From NCBI GenBank assembly GCA_033764015.1, contig JANRJK010000019.1, forward strand, positions 41,940 through 105,939: a stretch of 64,000 nt of DNA, read 5' to 3'. A program made the position numbers and the translations under genes. The first letter of the stretch is position 1. Each line of letters starts with the position of its first letter. The notes under the pieces were generated by a model, which was given only the letters and a program-made list of their open reading frames with translations, was not told the DNA's origin and made no database searches. Source of the DNA: Candidatus Sumerlaeia bacterium (lineage in GTDB: Bacteria > Sumerlaeota > Sumerlaeia > SLMS01 > JANRJK01). Below are positions 1-9,908 of this stretch, piece after piece.

Positions 1-2
1 CG

Positions 3-2516
3 AACCGGCAGCGCACCCACGTCGCCTTCGGACATGTGTTTGAAAAGGTTGCCTCAGTGGGAATCGAGGCAGGCGTTCCCATTACCTACTCGCACCCAGC
101 AATACAGTGGTCCTTTAGCGGTCTCCAACAGCACTTGATCCTTCCAGGGTTTGGATTCGAACCGCAAGTGGCGGTCTACGACCTCGAGACCGGACAAGAT
201 GTGTCGCGAAGGGCGCAGCCGAAGGTGCAAGCTATCGATCAAAATAGTAGTTTGCATGTGGCGAACGATGTTCACTACGTGGACTTGTCCGCCGCGGAGG
301 ACGTCGCTCTGGTGCTCGAAAGGCGGCATGATTATGCATTGCGGAACTACCCCTCATTCTCCGCCCTCTTGAACGGCAAGTCCGTTTACTCTGGCAGGGA
401 AATGGACCGTGTCACACTCCATCCATCAGGGCGGGCCCTTTGGGTGGCGCGCCCCGGCGGCCCCACCCGGACAGTCCCGGCTTCCTCGGCGTGGGCGGGA
501 CTTCCCATCCCCGGCAGCTACCCGAGCTTCGGGACCAACGACGCCTATATCGCTGCGTTGCAGCACGAATCTCACGACCACTTCGACCCCTCCACTGGTG
601 AGAGAATTTTCGACTCGGGAGGCAAATTCAACATCTACCGGGGTTCCGACATGTCTGAGGATCGGAAGCGCTTCCTTCTTCCCGGGGTGCGGAGCGAAAA
701 ATACACCGTCCGTGTGTTCGACTACGAGAAGAAAGTATTGTTGAAAGAGCATGTCTTCGACTTCGGCTTCCGACGCGCCTTCTTCTCCGCCGAGAAGTCC
801 ACCATTGGGTTCCTCGCCCCCGATGGGACAAATGCTGAAATCTATTCATTGTCGGGCGATTCGCCAGTACTCCTCATCGAAATGAAGGCGGAGGCAGAAG
901 ACATTTTCACGTTCGGATCGAGCTCGCCGGATGGTGCGACATACTATCTGGGTACCATGTCCGGGCGGCTATGTGTGGTCGATGCTGCGAAAGGCACCGT
1001 TCTCCGCGAGTTCGAGCCGACCCCCAACCCGATCCTACTCATTTCACAACGCCTCGACGGTCACTTGGTGGTGATTGACAACTCGAACATCGTGACGTTG
1101 GTTTCCGCAATCGACGGCACCATGGTGAACCGGGTACCCTTCAGCTTCGAGCCGCAGGGGCTGGCGGTTTCGCGGGCGGGCGACTTGGTCGCCTCTTGGA
1201 GCGAGTCGGGGCAGATCGAGGTGCGCAGACTCGGGGATGGCACGGTCGTCTCCCAGTCCAAGCGGACGGACTTCCCGCTCTTCGCGCTCCGCTTCGTCGG
1301 CGGCGACTCGCGGCTCATGGCATACGGAGACGGCGAGGCCCGCCTGTTCGATCCCGCTACCGGCGAAGACATCTTCACGATCCGGGATGGCTTCGGATCG
1401 CTCAGCGCGAGCGAGGACATGTACCTCGCGGAGGTCGAGGCCGGCAGGATCAGCGCACTGGTGTCGCTGGCCCCGAAGGAAGCCTTCGCGGAAGTCGGCG
1501 CCGCGGGTTCCGACTCGGCGGATGCGGCCCTCCACCGCTGGCGGCTCGACCGATACAGGACATGGCACCAGTACGCGATCCGGCACCGCGTCCACCCGGG
1601 CTGGAGCGCGGGGGCGGCGGTCTTGGAGCCCGGGGCGGTTCCCGCCTTGCGCGATTTCAGCTACCTATTCTCGATCGGCGAAGTCCCCGCCAACGATACG
1701 GCACTTCGGTTCCCCCGGACACGGCTCGAGCTCTTCGCCGCGTTCACGCTCGCCGCCGACCTGTTCCGATCTCCAATTGAGGACGGCTTTACGGAGTTCC
1801 CGGTCCTGAACGCGACCGCCCAGGCGGCGCCGGAGCTGTTCAACGGCCCCGTGGGATCCGCGGCGATCCTCATCGGCTCGGCCTACAGCCGGCGCTTGGA
1901 GGAGTCGCCCAGGATCGACTCGGAAGTGTGGGCCTTCGCTAGCCTGCTCCGCCACCAGCTCGACGCCGCGCGCGCACTCGCGGAACGCGGCGACCGCGAG
2001 GCGGCCTCCGCCGTGCTGCTGCGCGCCGCCGCGCATGTCCGGCTCGCAGACACACCCACGGGAGATTGGGAGTACGAACTCCGGCGCCTTGGCCTCGAAC
2101 TTCCGGTACCTCCGCCGGCGGAGCTGGTGCGCGGGCCGAACATGGGAAGCCCGCCCTTCGTGCTGGAGCGCATGGCCATGCTCGATCCGATGGCGCCGCT
2201 GGAGGTGCGCGCCGCGGTCGCGAAGCAGGCCGCCGACGAGTACGCCGAGCGCGCGCGCGAGTACCTCGACCGCGTCGCCCCCCTTGTGGACTGGGACGCC
2301 CTGGTCGCCCGCCACGCGCCGTTCCCAGAGGACTCACCCGTCCGCGAGGGCGTCCCCTTCGGACCCTACATCGCCGAGCGCCTCCCCGACCTTGAGCGGG
2401 GCGTGCTCGGCGGGCTCACGCTCGACGAGGCGCTGGAAGCGGAGCGCCGCCGCATCGAGGAGTTGTTCGCACCTCCCGCCATCCCGGACAGCGGCAGCCG
2501 GGTAGTCGCTCCCTAG
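3..2516 (+). CDS. WD40/beta-propeller protein with helical C-terminus, 5'-truncated by the window edge; probably the C-terminal part of a Ser/Thr kinase-WD40 protein
   Basis: The frame is open back to base 3 (NRQRTHVAFGHVFEK...). It has propeller-like repeats (FSAEKSTIGF, SSSPDGATYYLG, AVSRAGDLVASWS, ARLFDPATGE). The post-propeller helix AALHRWRLDR resembles AELAAWERER in the kinase at 38698. Confidence 0.65.
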   Translation, partial: NRQRTHVAFGHVFEKVASVGIEAGVPITYSHPAIQWSFSGLQQHLILPGFGFEPQVAVYDLETGQDVSRRAQPKVQAIDQNSSLHVANDVHYVDLSAAEDVALVLERRHDYALRNYPSFSALLNGKSVYSGREMDRVTLHPSGRALWVARPGGPTRTVPASSAWAGLPIPGSYPSFGTNDAYIAALQHESHDHFDPSTGERIFDSGGKFNIYRGSDMSEDRKRFLLPGVRSEKYTVRVFDYEKKVLLKEHVFDFGFRRAFFSAEKSTIGFLAPDGTNAEIYSLSGDSPVLLIEMKAEAEDIFTFGSSSPDGATYYLGTMSGRLCVVDAAKGTVLREFEPTPNPILLISQRLDGHLVVIDNSNIVTLVSAIDGTMVNRVPFSFEPQGLAVSRAGDLVASWSESGQIEVRRLGDGTVVSQSKRTDFPLFALRFVGGDSRLMAYGDGEARLFDPATGEDIFTIRDGFGSLSASEDMYLAEVEAGRISALVSLAPKEAFAEVGAAGSDSADAALHRWRLDRYRTWHQYAIRHRVHPGWSAGAAVLEPGAVPALRDFSYLFSIGEVPANDTALRFPRTRLELFAAFTLAADLFRSPIEDGFTEFPVLNATAQAAPELFNGPVGSAAILIGSAYSRRLEESPRIDSEVWAFASLLRHQLDAARALAERGDREAASAVLLRAAAHVRLADTPTGDWEYELRRLGLELPVPPPAELVRGPNMGSPPFVLERMAMLDPMAPLEVRAAVAKQAADEYAERAREYLDRVAPLVDWDALVARHAPFPEDSPVREGVPFGPYIAERLPDLERGVLGGLTLDEALEAERRRIEELFAPPAIPDSGSRVVAP

Positions 2517-2526
2517 ACAAAGAGAT

Positions 2527-2556
2527 CGGGCTCCGGGAGTCGCCTCCCGGAGCCCG
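2527..2556. terminator. Probable bidirectional terminator hairpin
   Basis: CGGGCTCCGGGAG-tcgc-CTCCCGGAGCCCG is a perfect 13-bp stem between two convergent genes. Confidence 0.7.
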
Positions 2557-2582
2557 TCTTGTACCGCGTTGTTGCACTCGCG

Positions 2583-5500
2583 CTACCTTGCCGGCGCCGG
2601 CGTCGGCGTGGGCGACGGCAGCGGCGTCGGCGTGGCGGCGGGGATCGATTCGTCCTCCGCGTCCGCCGAGCGCGCGCCCGTCGAGACCCGCAGGTTGTAG
2701 GTGTTCGTGCCGCGCGTCGCGCCGTAGACGCGGACGAGGAGTTGCGAGCGCCCGCCGGTCGGGATGTTCAGCGACTCGTTCACGTCGAGGTTCGGCGTGA
2801 AGTTGCCGAACAGGATGTCGTAACCGCAGCCCGGATCGACCGCCATCACCATGAAGTAGAGCTGGCCGGAGAGCTTGTTCGCCTCCATCCGAACGTTGAT
2901 CGACGAGAGCCCCGTGGTATTGACGAGGTAGAAGTCGTCGTCCTTCAGGATCAGGTCGTTGTAGGTCTGGCCGAGGTTGATCGACGTGAACTGGCACGGC
3001 GAGTTGTTCGGTTCGAGCGCGTCGTCGGCGCCGAGTTCCGCGATGGTCACCGAGTACGACGGGTTGGTCGCCCCGCCCTCGCCGTAGATCCGCAGGAAGA
3101 GCTCCGTTCCGACACCGGAGCGGTCCACGTAGGTGAACGTCTCCTGGTTGGTGGTCGAGTAGCTCTCCGCGAGGCGCAGCGGGAAGCCGCCCGAATCGGT
3201 GCAGCGGCCGTCGTAAAGTTCCGCGTTTAGATTACCGTTCGCGTGGGTGAAGTTCACCGTGACTCGCAACGTGCCGCAGGACGCGTTCGGCAGGCGGTAC
3301 CAATCCTCGTTGAGGGAAACCAGCCCCGACGTCGTGCCAACCGGCAGCGAGGGGCGGGAGCGGGCCTCGGTGAGGTTGTTGTTCGACTCGAAGGAGTCGT
3401 CGCTGGGCGGGGCGCTGCCGGACTGCGTGACGGTCACCGAGGTACCCGCCACGGTGATCGTGCCCTGCCGCTGCGAGAGCCCGCTGTTCTGCGTCACCGT
3501 CACCTGCACGGTGCCCCCGCCAGTACCGGACGTGGGCGAGAGCGTCACCCAGTCGAGCGATTCGCTGCTGTCCCACGCGCAGCTCGGCGCGGAGGCGGTG
3601 ACCGTGAGGTTCTGCGATCCCGAGGAGGCGCCGAAGCTCAGGCTAGTTGGCGATGCGGAAACTGTGCAGGGCGGCGCATCGCACTCGTCCGGGATCCCGT
3701 TGCTGTTCGTGTCCTGCGACGTGCCCGCGATCGAGGCTGGGCCGGTGAGCGTAAAGCTGTACGCGCCACCGGCGCCGTTGAAGCCGCCGAGCCGGATCGA
3801 GTAGACCGTGCCAGCCACCGCATTGAAGGTTGCGATGGATCGCGTGCTGGTGGCGCAGGAGCTGTCGTCGTTGCAGGCGACTTCCGCGCCGCCGCATCCG
3901 TCCGTCACGACGATCACGGTGTCGAAGGACGAGTCGCATGCGGAGATGGTCGCTTGGCCGCTCTGCGCCGGCCAGTAGGTGTAGAACACGCTCTTGCCGA
4001 CATCCGCGCAGGATGCGGCGACAAGGTCCGTCGCCAGCGCCGATGTGTTGCCCGTGTAGGTGAAGCCCGGACCGATGTCCGGCCCGGCGCCGCACGACGC
4101 GGAGCCGACTGCCGCGGCGAGGTTCACCACGTCATAGAAGTCCGGCACACCGTTGCCGTTGCAGTCTTGGATGATCTCAAGGGACACGGCGATGGTCTGC
4201 GGCGAGTTGGATGCTCCAGACGCCGTCACGGTGATGGTCGCGTTGTAGCTCCCAGGCGTCAGGCCAGAGGTCGAGTAGGTAACGGTGACCGTATCCTCTT
4301 CGCCCGTCGAAGTGCCGCTGGTGGGCGAGACGGAGAGCCAAGTCTGGTTGTCGGACACCGTATAGGAGAGCGTGCCGGCCCCGCTGTTGCGCACCGTGAA
4401 AGTGTCGTTGCCCGGGCCCGAGCTTTCGGTGCCGACGGGGGCCAGGGTGGTCTTGTTGAGCGCGATGACCGGCGTCGCTGCGCCCGGGATCGCGTCGAAG
4501 GCGCGCTGCACGTTGACGAAGGGCTTGGTGATCCCCGGGTTCAGGCCGCCATTCTTCGTGTCGGTGATGTTGTCCCCGTTGTTGACGAGGAGCGTGCGCA
4601 TCTCGGAGGCGGTATAGTACGACCCGCGCTTCGTGAAGGATGCGGACTGGAGGATGGCGATCACGCCCGCCACATACGGCGTGGCGGCGGAGGTGCCGCC
4701 AAAGCTCTGCGTGTAGTTCCCCGTCGAATACCCGGCCGTGCCCACGAGGTCCGTCGCCGCCGCGTTGTTCGACGGGGCGAAGACGTCCATGAAGCTGGCG
4801 ACGTTCGAATACATCGTCACCTTCTTGGCCGAGGTGGCTTCGAAAGCGAGGTCGAGGCCGCCGCACTGCGCATCCGCCGTGGCGCCCGCATAGCAGGTCG
4901 AGTTGTCCAGGCAGAAGCCGATGGTGCCGATATTGGCGTCGTAGGCGGCGCCGACTCGGATGATCGGCGACACGCAGGCGGGCGCGGCGATCTGGTTGCA
5001 GAAGCCGTTGTTGCCCGTCGCCGCGACTACGATGATCCCGGCGGCGATGGCCGAGTTGGCGGCGTTCAGGTACGAGGGGTTGCTCGCGTCGCAGCTCGAC
5101 GCGCTCGTGAAGCCACCGCCGCCGAGCGACATGCTCATCACCCGGATTGGCGCGCTGGGCACCACGGTGCGGTTCGTCACGCACCAGTCCATGCCCTGCA
5201 CGATGTCGATGCTCGAGGCGAACTGGTCCGCGCCGTCGGGGAACACCTTCACTGCGGCGATGCGCGCGTCGGGCGCGACGCCGCCGATGTAGCTCCCGGG
5301 CGAGCCGGCGCCGCTCGGCACGCCGCCGCCCGAAATGCCCGCGCAGGCTGTGCCGTGGGCGCCGGTGGCGTTGCGAGGATCGCTGTCGCCCGCGCCGCCC
5401 GCCGCGGTGCCTGCTGTGTCGATGCCGCTCACCACCTTGGAGTTCGGGAAGCCACCGCCCCCAAGGTCCGGGTGCGTGTAGTCCACGCCGTCGTCGAGGA

Positions 5501-6068
5501 TCGCGATCGTCATTCCGGCGCCGCGGTGCGTGGTACGGACCGTCGTCGCGTTCAGGAGCGGGATCCCTTCCGCATCGAAGCGCTCGGCGAAGCGCTCCGG
5601 CTCGACCGACTGCACGCGCGGGTCCTCCAGCAGCGCCGCGAGGCCGGTCGCGTCCACGTCCACGGCGAAGGCCGCGAAATTCTCGTAAACCGCCATCACC
5701 TCGTGCGCGTTCTTGTCGAGCTGCGCCAGCACGTCCTTGCTGTGCGACGTCACCTGCGAGCGCCACACCGAGAGGTCCGCGTCGGAGGACCAGTCCACCT
5801 GCGCCCGCGAGCGCTGCGGCGGATCGATCAGATTCACGATCACGCGCATGCGTCCGCTCTCCGCGCGGGTGGAGGCGAAGATCGTCTCGGGCTCGATCAG
5901 CTTCGGCGAGCCGGGATGGAACTCGAGGAGCTGGCGGCTGAAGGCGGCCTGCTCCGTGTTGCTCGGCTTTGCAGCTGCCGGCAGGCGCGGTTCGGCGGCG
6001 GCGCCGAACGCCATCGCGGCGAAGACAGCGAGGACGGCGGCGCGACGCCAAGAGGTTTTAAGTGTCAT
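2583..6068 (-). CDS. Secreted S8 (subtilisin-like) serine peptidase with propeptide, BACON domains, a Cys-rich domain and PPC-like repeats
   Basis: Signal peptide MTLKTSWRRAAVLAVFAAMAFGAAA. Triad motifs ILDDGVDYTHPDL, HGTACAGI and GGTSAATPYVAG. BACON-like FTVRNSGAGTLSYTV..WLSVSPTSG, DxNxNGxPD motifs, DDxxExNN repeats and a Pro/Thr tail. Confidence 0.9.
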   Translation of the reverse strand: MTLKTSWRRAAVLAVFAAMAFGAAAEPRLPAAAKPSNTEQAAFSRQLLEFHPGSPKLIEPETIFASTRAESGRMRVIVNLIDPPQRSRAQVDWSSDADLSVWRSQVTSHSKDVLAQLDKNAHEVMAVYENFAAFAVDVDATGLAALLEDPRVQSVEPERFAERFDAEGIPLLNATTVRTTHRGAGMTIAILDDGVDYTHPDLGGGGFPNSKVVSGIDTAGTAAGGAGDSDPRNATGAHGTACAGISGGGVPSGAGSPGSYIGGVAPDARIAAVKVFPDGADQFASSIDIVQGMDWCVTNRTVVPSAPIRVMSMSLGGGGFTSASSCDASNPSYLNAANSAIAAGIIVVAATGNNGFCNQIAAPACVSPIIRVGAAYDANIGTIGFCLDNSTCYAGATADAQCGGLDLAFEATSAKKVTMYSNVASFMDVFAPSNNAAATDLVGTAGYSTGNYTQSFGGTSAATPYVAGVIAILQSASFTKRGSYYTASEMRTLLVNNGDNITDTKNGGLNPGITKPFVNVQRAFDAIPGAATPVIALNKTTLAPVGTESSGPGNDTFTVRNSGAGTLSYTVSDNQTWLSVSPTSGTSTGEEDTVTVTYSTSGLTPGSYNATITVTASGASNSPQTIAVSLEIIQDCNGNGVPDFYDVVNLAAAVGSASCGAGPDIGPGFTYTGNTSALATDLVAASCADVGKSVFYTYWPAQSGQATISACDSSFDTVIVVTDGCGGAEVACNDDSSCATSTRSIATFNAVAGTVYSIRLGGFNGAGGAYSFTLTGPASIAGTSQDTNSNGIPDECDAPPCTVSASPTSLSFGASSGSQNLTVTASAPSCAWDSSESLDWVTLSPTSGTGGGTVQVTVTQNSGLSQRQGTITVAGTSVTVTQSGSAPPSDDSFESNNNLTEARSRPSLPVGTTSGLVSLNEDWYRLPNASCGTLRVTVNFTHANGNLNAELYDGRCTDSGGFPLRLAESYSTTNQETFTYVDRSGVGTELFLRIYGEGGATNPSYSVTIAELGADDALEPNNSPCQFTSINLGQTYNDLILKDDDFYLVNTTGLSSINVRMEANKLSGQLYFMVMAVDPGCGYDILFGNFTPNLDVNESLNIPTGGRSQLLVRVYGATRGTNTYNLRVSTGARSADAEDESIPAATPTPLPSPTPTPAPAR

Positions 6069-6150
6069 GTGGTTCACCGTGGGGCGGAATGGTCCGAGTT
6101 GTCCCGCCCCGGAGCCGTCTCTGCAAGCGTCTTCTAACCCCCCGCCCGGT

Positions 6151-6179
6151 TTGACAACCGGGGCCCGCCGCGCCATGCT
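6151..6179 (+). promoter_or_regulatory. sigma70-like promoter
   Basis: TTGACA-17 nt-CATGCT, 35 nt upstream of the ATG at 6214. Confidence 0.55.
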
Positions 6180-6213
6180 TCCAGCCTGTAGCCGCGCGAG
6201 AGGAACCCCGCCA

Positions 6214-6813
6214 ATGCCCGATACCCCCGAGCCCCGCCCCGCCCCGTTGGGCCAGATCGACCTCTCCGCGGAGGTCGGCAAGGGTCCCCTCTCCTGGGCC
6301 GACGCGCTGAAGGAACTCGAATCGGCCACCCCGGCCCCGAAGCCGCAGCCCCGCCCCAAGGCGGAGGCGCCCGCCGCGGCTCCGGCCCCGCCCGCCGAGC
6401 CCACTCCGGCTCCCGCGCCAACGCTCCGCGCCGGCGAGCCCAACAGCCGCTACGACCAGATCCGCCGCACCCCGGGAATGCAGGTGAAGACCGAGGACGT
6501 CAAGATCCTCGACGAGCTGTCGACGATCCTCGGCTACGTCAACTCCGCGTCCGCCGCGCTGGCCAAGTTCACCAAGGACCACCCGACGCTGGTGGCGCCC
6601 AACATTTCGTATCTCTGGCAGGACAACTTGAAGGAGACCTCGACCGTCATGCTGCGCGAGTTCCACGCGCTGCGGAACGGGCGCCTCGCCAAGAGCTACG
6701 ACAAGCGCAACGTTTGCACCAAGTGCCACACGGTCTACATGTCGCCGCTCCCGGACGGCATCTGCGACGAGTGCCGCAGCAACACCGGCGACCACACGAC
6801 GGGCGAGTACTAG
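6214..6813 (+). CDS. Hypothetical protein with Pro/Ala-rich N-terminus and C-terminal CxxC...CxxC zinc ribbon
   Basis: AGAGGA RBS before the ATG, native GC3-rich codons, and CTKC...CDEC at the C-terminus. Confidence 0.75.
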   Translation: MPDTPEPRPAPLGQIDLSAEVGKGPLSWADALKELESATPAPKPQPRPKAEAPAAAPAPPAEPTPAPAPTLRAGEPNSRYDQIRRTPGMQVKTEDVKILDELSTILGYVNSASAALAKFTKDHPTLVAPNISYLWQDNLKETSTVMLREFHALRNGRLAKSYDKRNVCTKCHTVYMSPLPDGICDECRSNTGDHTTGEY

Positions 6814-6820
6814 CCCCTCC

Positions 6821-7696
6821 TTGTCCTTCCTCGGCAAGCTCTTCAAGAGCACGCAAAGCGCCGTCCCGCTTGTGCCGGGATGCCTTGCGGCGCTCGCCCA
6901 TGGCTTCCGCTTCGAGGTGCCCCCCGCCGAATTCCCCGCGCGCCTCGCGGAGCTGCAGTCCCGCGGCATCGTCGCGGGCCTCTGGGCGGAGCTGAACCCG
7001 CAACTCGCGGAAGCCGCGGAGGCGCTCCTCGCGGCGCCGCCCGCCGATTCCATCGCACGCTGGCGGTCGCCGGGCGCGGCCTCCGCGCTCTTCCTCGGCG
7101 CCGAGCCCCCCGCCGGATCGCGGCGCGACCTCCAGTGGTTCAAGGCCGGCCTCCCCCTCGGCGGCCTCCGCGCCGAGCCCGCCCACCTGCTCGCGCCCGA
7201 CAGCGAGCGCTCCTTCCGCTGCGACCCGGCCGCAACCCCCCGGCTCCGGTTCCGCGAGGAGTGGGAAGCGGAACTGGTGATGGCGCTCGCCCGCCCGCGG
7301 CCCCTCGCCGCGGACCGCGATCCTTGGGAGGAACTCGGCGCCGAGCTCGACATCCCCGCCGCCGAGGTCCTTGCCGCGCTCAAGCGCCTCACGGTCGAGG
7401 GCGTGCTGCGGCGCGTGGCGCTTCGCTGGAGCCCCGCGGGCCTAGGCTGGCGCGGCTGCGGGCTCGCGGAGTGGGACTTCGAGGACGCCGCCGGGGCGGC
7501 ACCGGCCGGCGACGCGCTGGCGGGCCTCCTGGGCACCGGCGATGTGGCGTGGCGCGAAGGCCCGGGCGGGAGCCCCCGCCTGACCGCGCTCTTCCTTGCT
7601 CCCGGCGAGGGCGTCGGCCGCGCGGCGGCGGAATCCGTCGCCGCGCAATGGTCCCGGCCCCTTGCCGCGTGGACCACTCTCCCGGAACTCCGCTAA
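6821..7696 (+). CDS. Degenerate Lrp/AsnC-like (AhbA/AhbB, NirDLGH-type) two-lobed protein
   Basis: DPWEELGAELDIPAAEVLAALKRLTVEGVLRRVALRWSPAGLG matches the AhbB/NirH winged-HTH pattern. The typical HCY.R motif is absent. Confidence 0.55.
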   Translation: MSFLGKLFKSTQSAVPLVPGCLAALAHGFRFEVPPAEFPARLAELQSRGIVAGLWAELNPQLAEAAEALLAAPPADSIARWRSPGAASALFLGAEPPAGSRRDLQWFKAGLPLGGLRAEPAHLLAPDSERSFRCDPAATPRLRFREEWEAELVMALARPRPLAADRDPWEELGAELDIPAAEVLAALKRLTVEGVLRRVALRWSPAGLGWRGCGLAEWDFEDAAGAAPAGDALAGLLGTGDVAWREGPGGSPRLTALFLAPGEGVGRAAAESVAAQWSRPLAAWTTLPELR

Positions 7697-7794
7697 ACCA
7701 CCCCTCGAAGCCAAACCCGCCGCGCTAAGGACTTGTCCCACTTACCGGGTCCAGTCGGAATAACCCGGATTCGCAGCCTCCCCGAAGGCGGACC

Positions 7795-8415
7795 GTGGCC
7801 CTTTCCGACGTACCGGTGGAACTCGTTCAGCGTTGCCGTGGCGGTGACTCCGCCGCCTTCGACGAGCTGTTCACGATGTTGCACCAGGACCTGTACCGCT
7901 GGCTCTACTCGCTGCTCCGCAACGAGGACGACGCCGAAGAGGCCCTGCAGGAATGCTTCGTCCGCATCTACCGCCACATCGGATCACTCTCCGACGACCG
8001 CAAGTTCGCCGGCTGGGTCGGGCGCATGGTGGTGAACCTTGCGAACACCTGGCGCACCCGCGGCTCCAAGATCCGCTTCGAGGAATTCGAGCCCGCGATC
8101 GAAACCGAGGATTCGCAGCTACCGGTGCAGGCGAAGGCCGGCCCCAACCCGCGCGAAGCCGCCGAACGCAAGCAGGTGATGGCCCGCGTCAACGAAGCGA
8201 TCACGCACCTCCCGCCGCGGCAGCGGACCGCCGTCCTCATGTTCGACGTCCAGGGGCACAGCATCGCCCATATCGCCGGACAGCTCGGGTGCAGCGAGGG
8301 GGCGGTCAAGTTCAACATCTTCCAAGGACGCAGGAAGCTCCGCGTCCTGCTCGCCGATCTGGCGGACGAACGGGGCCTCGGCCTCGGCGAACCGGAACCC
8401 CGGGGAAAGGAGTGA
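7795..8415 (+). CDS. ECF-type RNA polymerase sigma factor
   Basis: GDSAAFDELF, DAEEALQECFVRIY and region 4 LPPRQRTAVLM..IAGQLGCSEGAVK. GTG start. Confidence 0.92.
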   Translation: MALSDVPVELVQRCRGGDSAAFDELFTMLHQDLYRWLYSLLRNEDDAEEALQECFVRIYRHIGSLSDDRKFAGWVGRMVVNLANTWRTRGSKIRFEEFEPAIETEDSQLPVQAKAGPNPREAAERKQVMARVNEAITHLPPRQRTAVLMFDVQGHSIAHIAGQLGCSEGAVKFNIFQGRRKLRVLLADLADERGLGLGEPEPRGKE

Positions 8416-8421
8416 CCAGCC

Positions 8422-9903
8422 ATGGCACCGCATAACGAAGACCTCATGGAGCAGGAACTCCCCGCCGGCTGGGATCCCGCCGCCGACGCCGACGAGCGCT
8501 GGCTGGCCATCGCCGACTCGCTCCGCGAGGCGGACCCGGCTCCGCGCCTGCTTCCCGCCCAGAGCGACGCCCTCCGCGCGGAGATCCGCTCGCGCCTCGA
8601 GGCGGAGTCGCTCCTGCGCCCCGCCGACGCGGCGCGCGCCGGCGGTTTCGCCGACTGGCTCCGCACGCTATTCCTCGGCGGCGGCGTCGCCGCGCAGACC
8701 GTCCGCCTCGGCGTCGCCGCCGCGATCGCGGTCATGGTCGTGGCCCCCGACACGCCCCAGCCCGGCCTCGCGCCGGCGAACCGCCCCCGCCCCGTCGACG
8801 TTGTGGTGCAGCGCGACCTTCCCGCCGGCAACGCGATCGGCGAGGTGGCATCCGCGCCGGAAGCCGCAGCGCAGGCGCCGCCCCCCGCCACGGAAGGGCG
8901 GGCGATGGACGAAGTGGTCGCCTCCGCGCCCGGCACCCGTTCCGAGGTTGCCATGCGCGCATTCCCCGCCGCGGACGCCGATGCGAAGCTGGCCGGCCAG
9001 TTCGCGATGGATTCGGGCTTCCCTTCCCTCGACGGCGCGCTCCTGGGCCGCGCGCTCCAGCAGGTGCAGGGCATCAAGCTCGCCTCCGTCGCGAAGGACG
9101 ACCTCCGGATCGGGGCGCAGTTGCGGAACCTCGAGGCGCTGATCGTCGCCCTCGCCGGCGCCGCCTCCGACCCGGGCATCCAGCTCGAAGTCGCCGCCCT
9201 CGCCGAGTACGCCCGCGGCGAGCAGGCGCTCGAAGCGCTCCGCCCGGACGAGGCGCTCGCCGCCTTCGACGCCGCCCGCGCCGCGTCCCCCGACGGCCTT
9301 GTCGGCTTCCTCGCGCTTTACCAGACCGCCCGCGTCCAGTTCGAGTACCGGAACGACTTCGAGGCCGCCGAGGCGACCTACCGCCGCTGCCTCGACGAGT
9401 TCCCCGAGCAGCTCCTTCCCCCCGACGTGCAGAGCGAAGTGGCGGACCGCCTCCGCCTCCTCGCCCAGAGCGCCCCGCTCGGTCATCGCGACCTGCGCAT
9501 CTGGCAGGCCGCCACGCGCACCGCCTCGCCGGTCGCCCGCGCGGACCGGCTGCGGGAACTCCTCGCCTCGTATCCGGATTCGGCCCTCGCCGCGCCCGCG
9601 GCGGAGGAACTCGGCGCCCTGCTCGTGGCCGACGCCGGCCTCCAGCGCCTGAACCTCGACGACTCGATGGCCCTCCTCGAATCCACCGTCGCCTCCCGCG
9701 AGGACGGACCCGAGACCGCGCGGATCCAGTTCACCCTGGCGGAGCTGGTGTACCGCCGCGCCATGAACCCCCGCCGCGCCACCGCCGAATACCGCGAAGT
9801 CCTCCGCATGGGCGCCGACCGCGAGCTCCGCAGCCGCGCCGAGGAGCGCCTCGCCAGCGTCGCGGTGGACCGGCTCACCTGGCCGACGGCGATGGAAAAC
9901 TAG
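8422..9903 (+). CDS. Putative anti-sigma factor, single TM with TPR-like C-terminal domain
   Basis: Lies directly after the ECF gene with a GGAG RBS. Hydrophobic segment LGVAAAIAVMVVA and TPR-like helices (ALYQTARVQFEY..AEATYRRCLDEFP). Confidence 0.6.
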   Translation: MAPHNEDLMEQELPAGWDPAADADERWLAIADSLREADPAPRLLPAQSDALRAEIRSRLEAESLLRPADAARAGGFADWLRTLFLGGGVAAQTVRLGVAAAIAVMVVAPDTPQPGLAPANRPRPVDVVVQRDLPAGNAIGEVASAPEAAAQAPPPATEGRAMDEVVASAPGTRSEVAMRAFPAADADAKLAGQFAMDSGFPSLDGALLGRALQQVQGIKLASVAKDDLRIGAQLRNLEALIVALAGAASDPGIQLEVAALAEYARGEQALEALRPDEALAAFDAARAASPDGLVGFLALYQTARVQFEYRNDFEAAEATYRRCLDEFPEQLLPPDVQSEVADRLRLLAQSAPLGHRDLRIWQAATRTASPVARADRLRELLASYPDSALAAPAAEELGALLVADAGLQRLNLDDSMALLESTVASREDGPETARIQFTLAELVYRRAMNPRRATAEYREVLRMGADRELRSRAEERLASVAVDRLTWPTAMEN

Positions 9904-9908
9904 TCCCT

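Noticed and set aside
7700..7790. Autoregulatory ECF promoter (GGACTT...GTC)
   Set aside because: Spacing between the candidate -35 and -10 elements does not fit well, so it cannot be supported.
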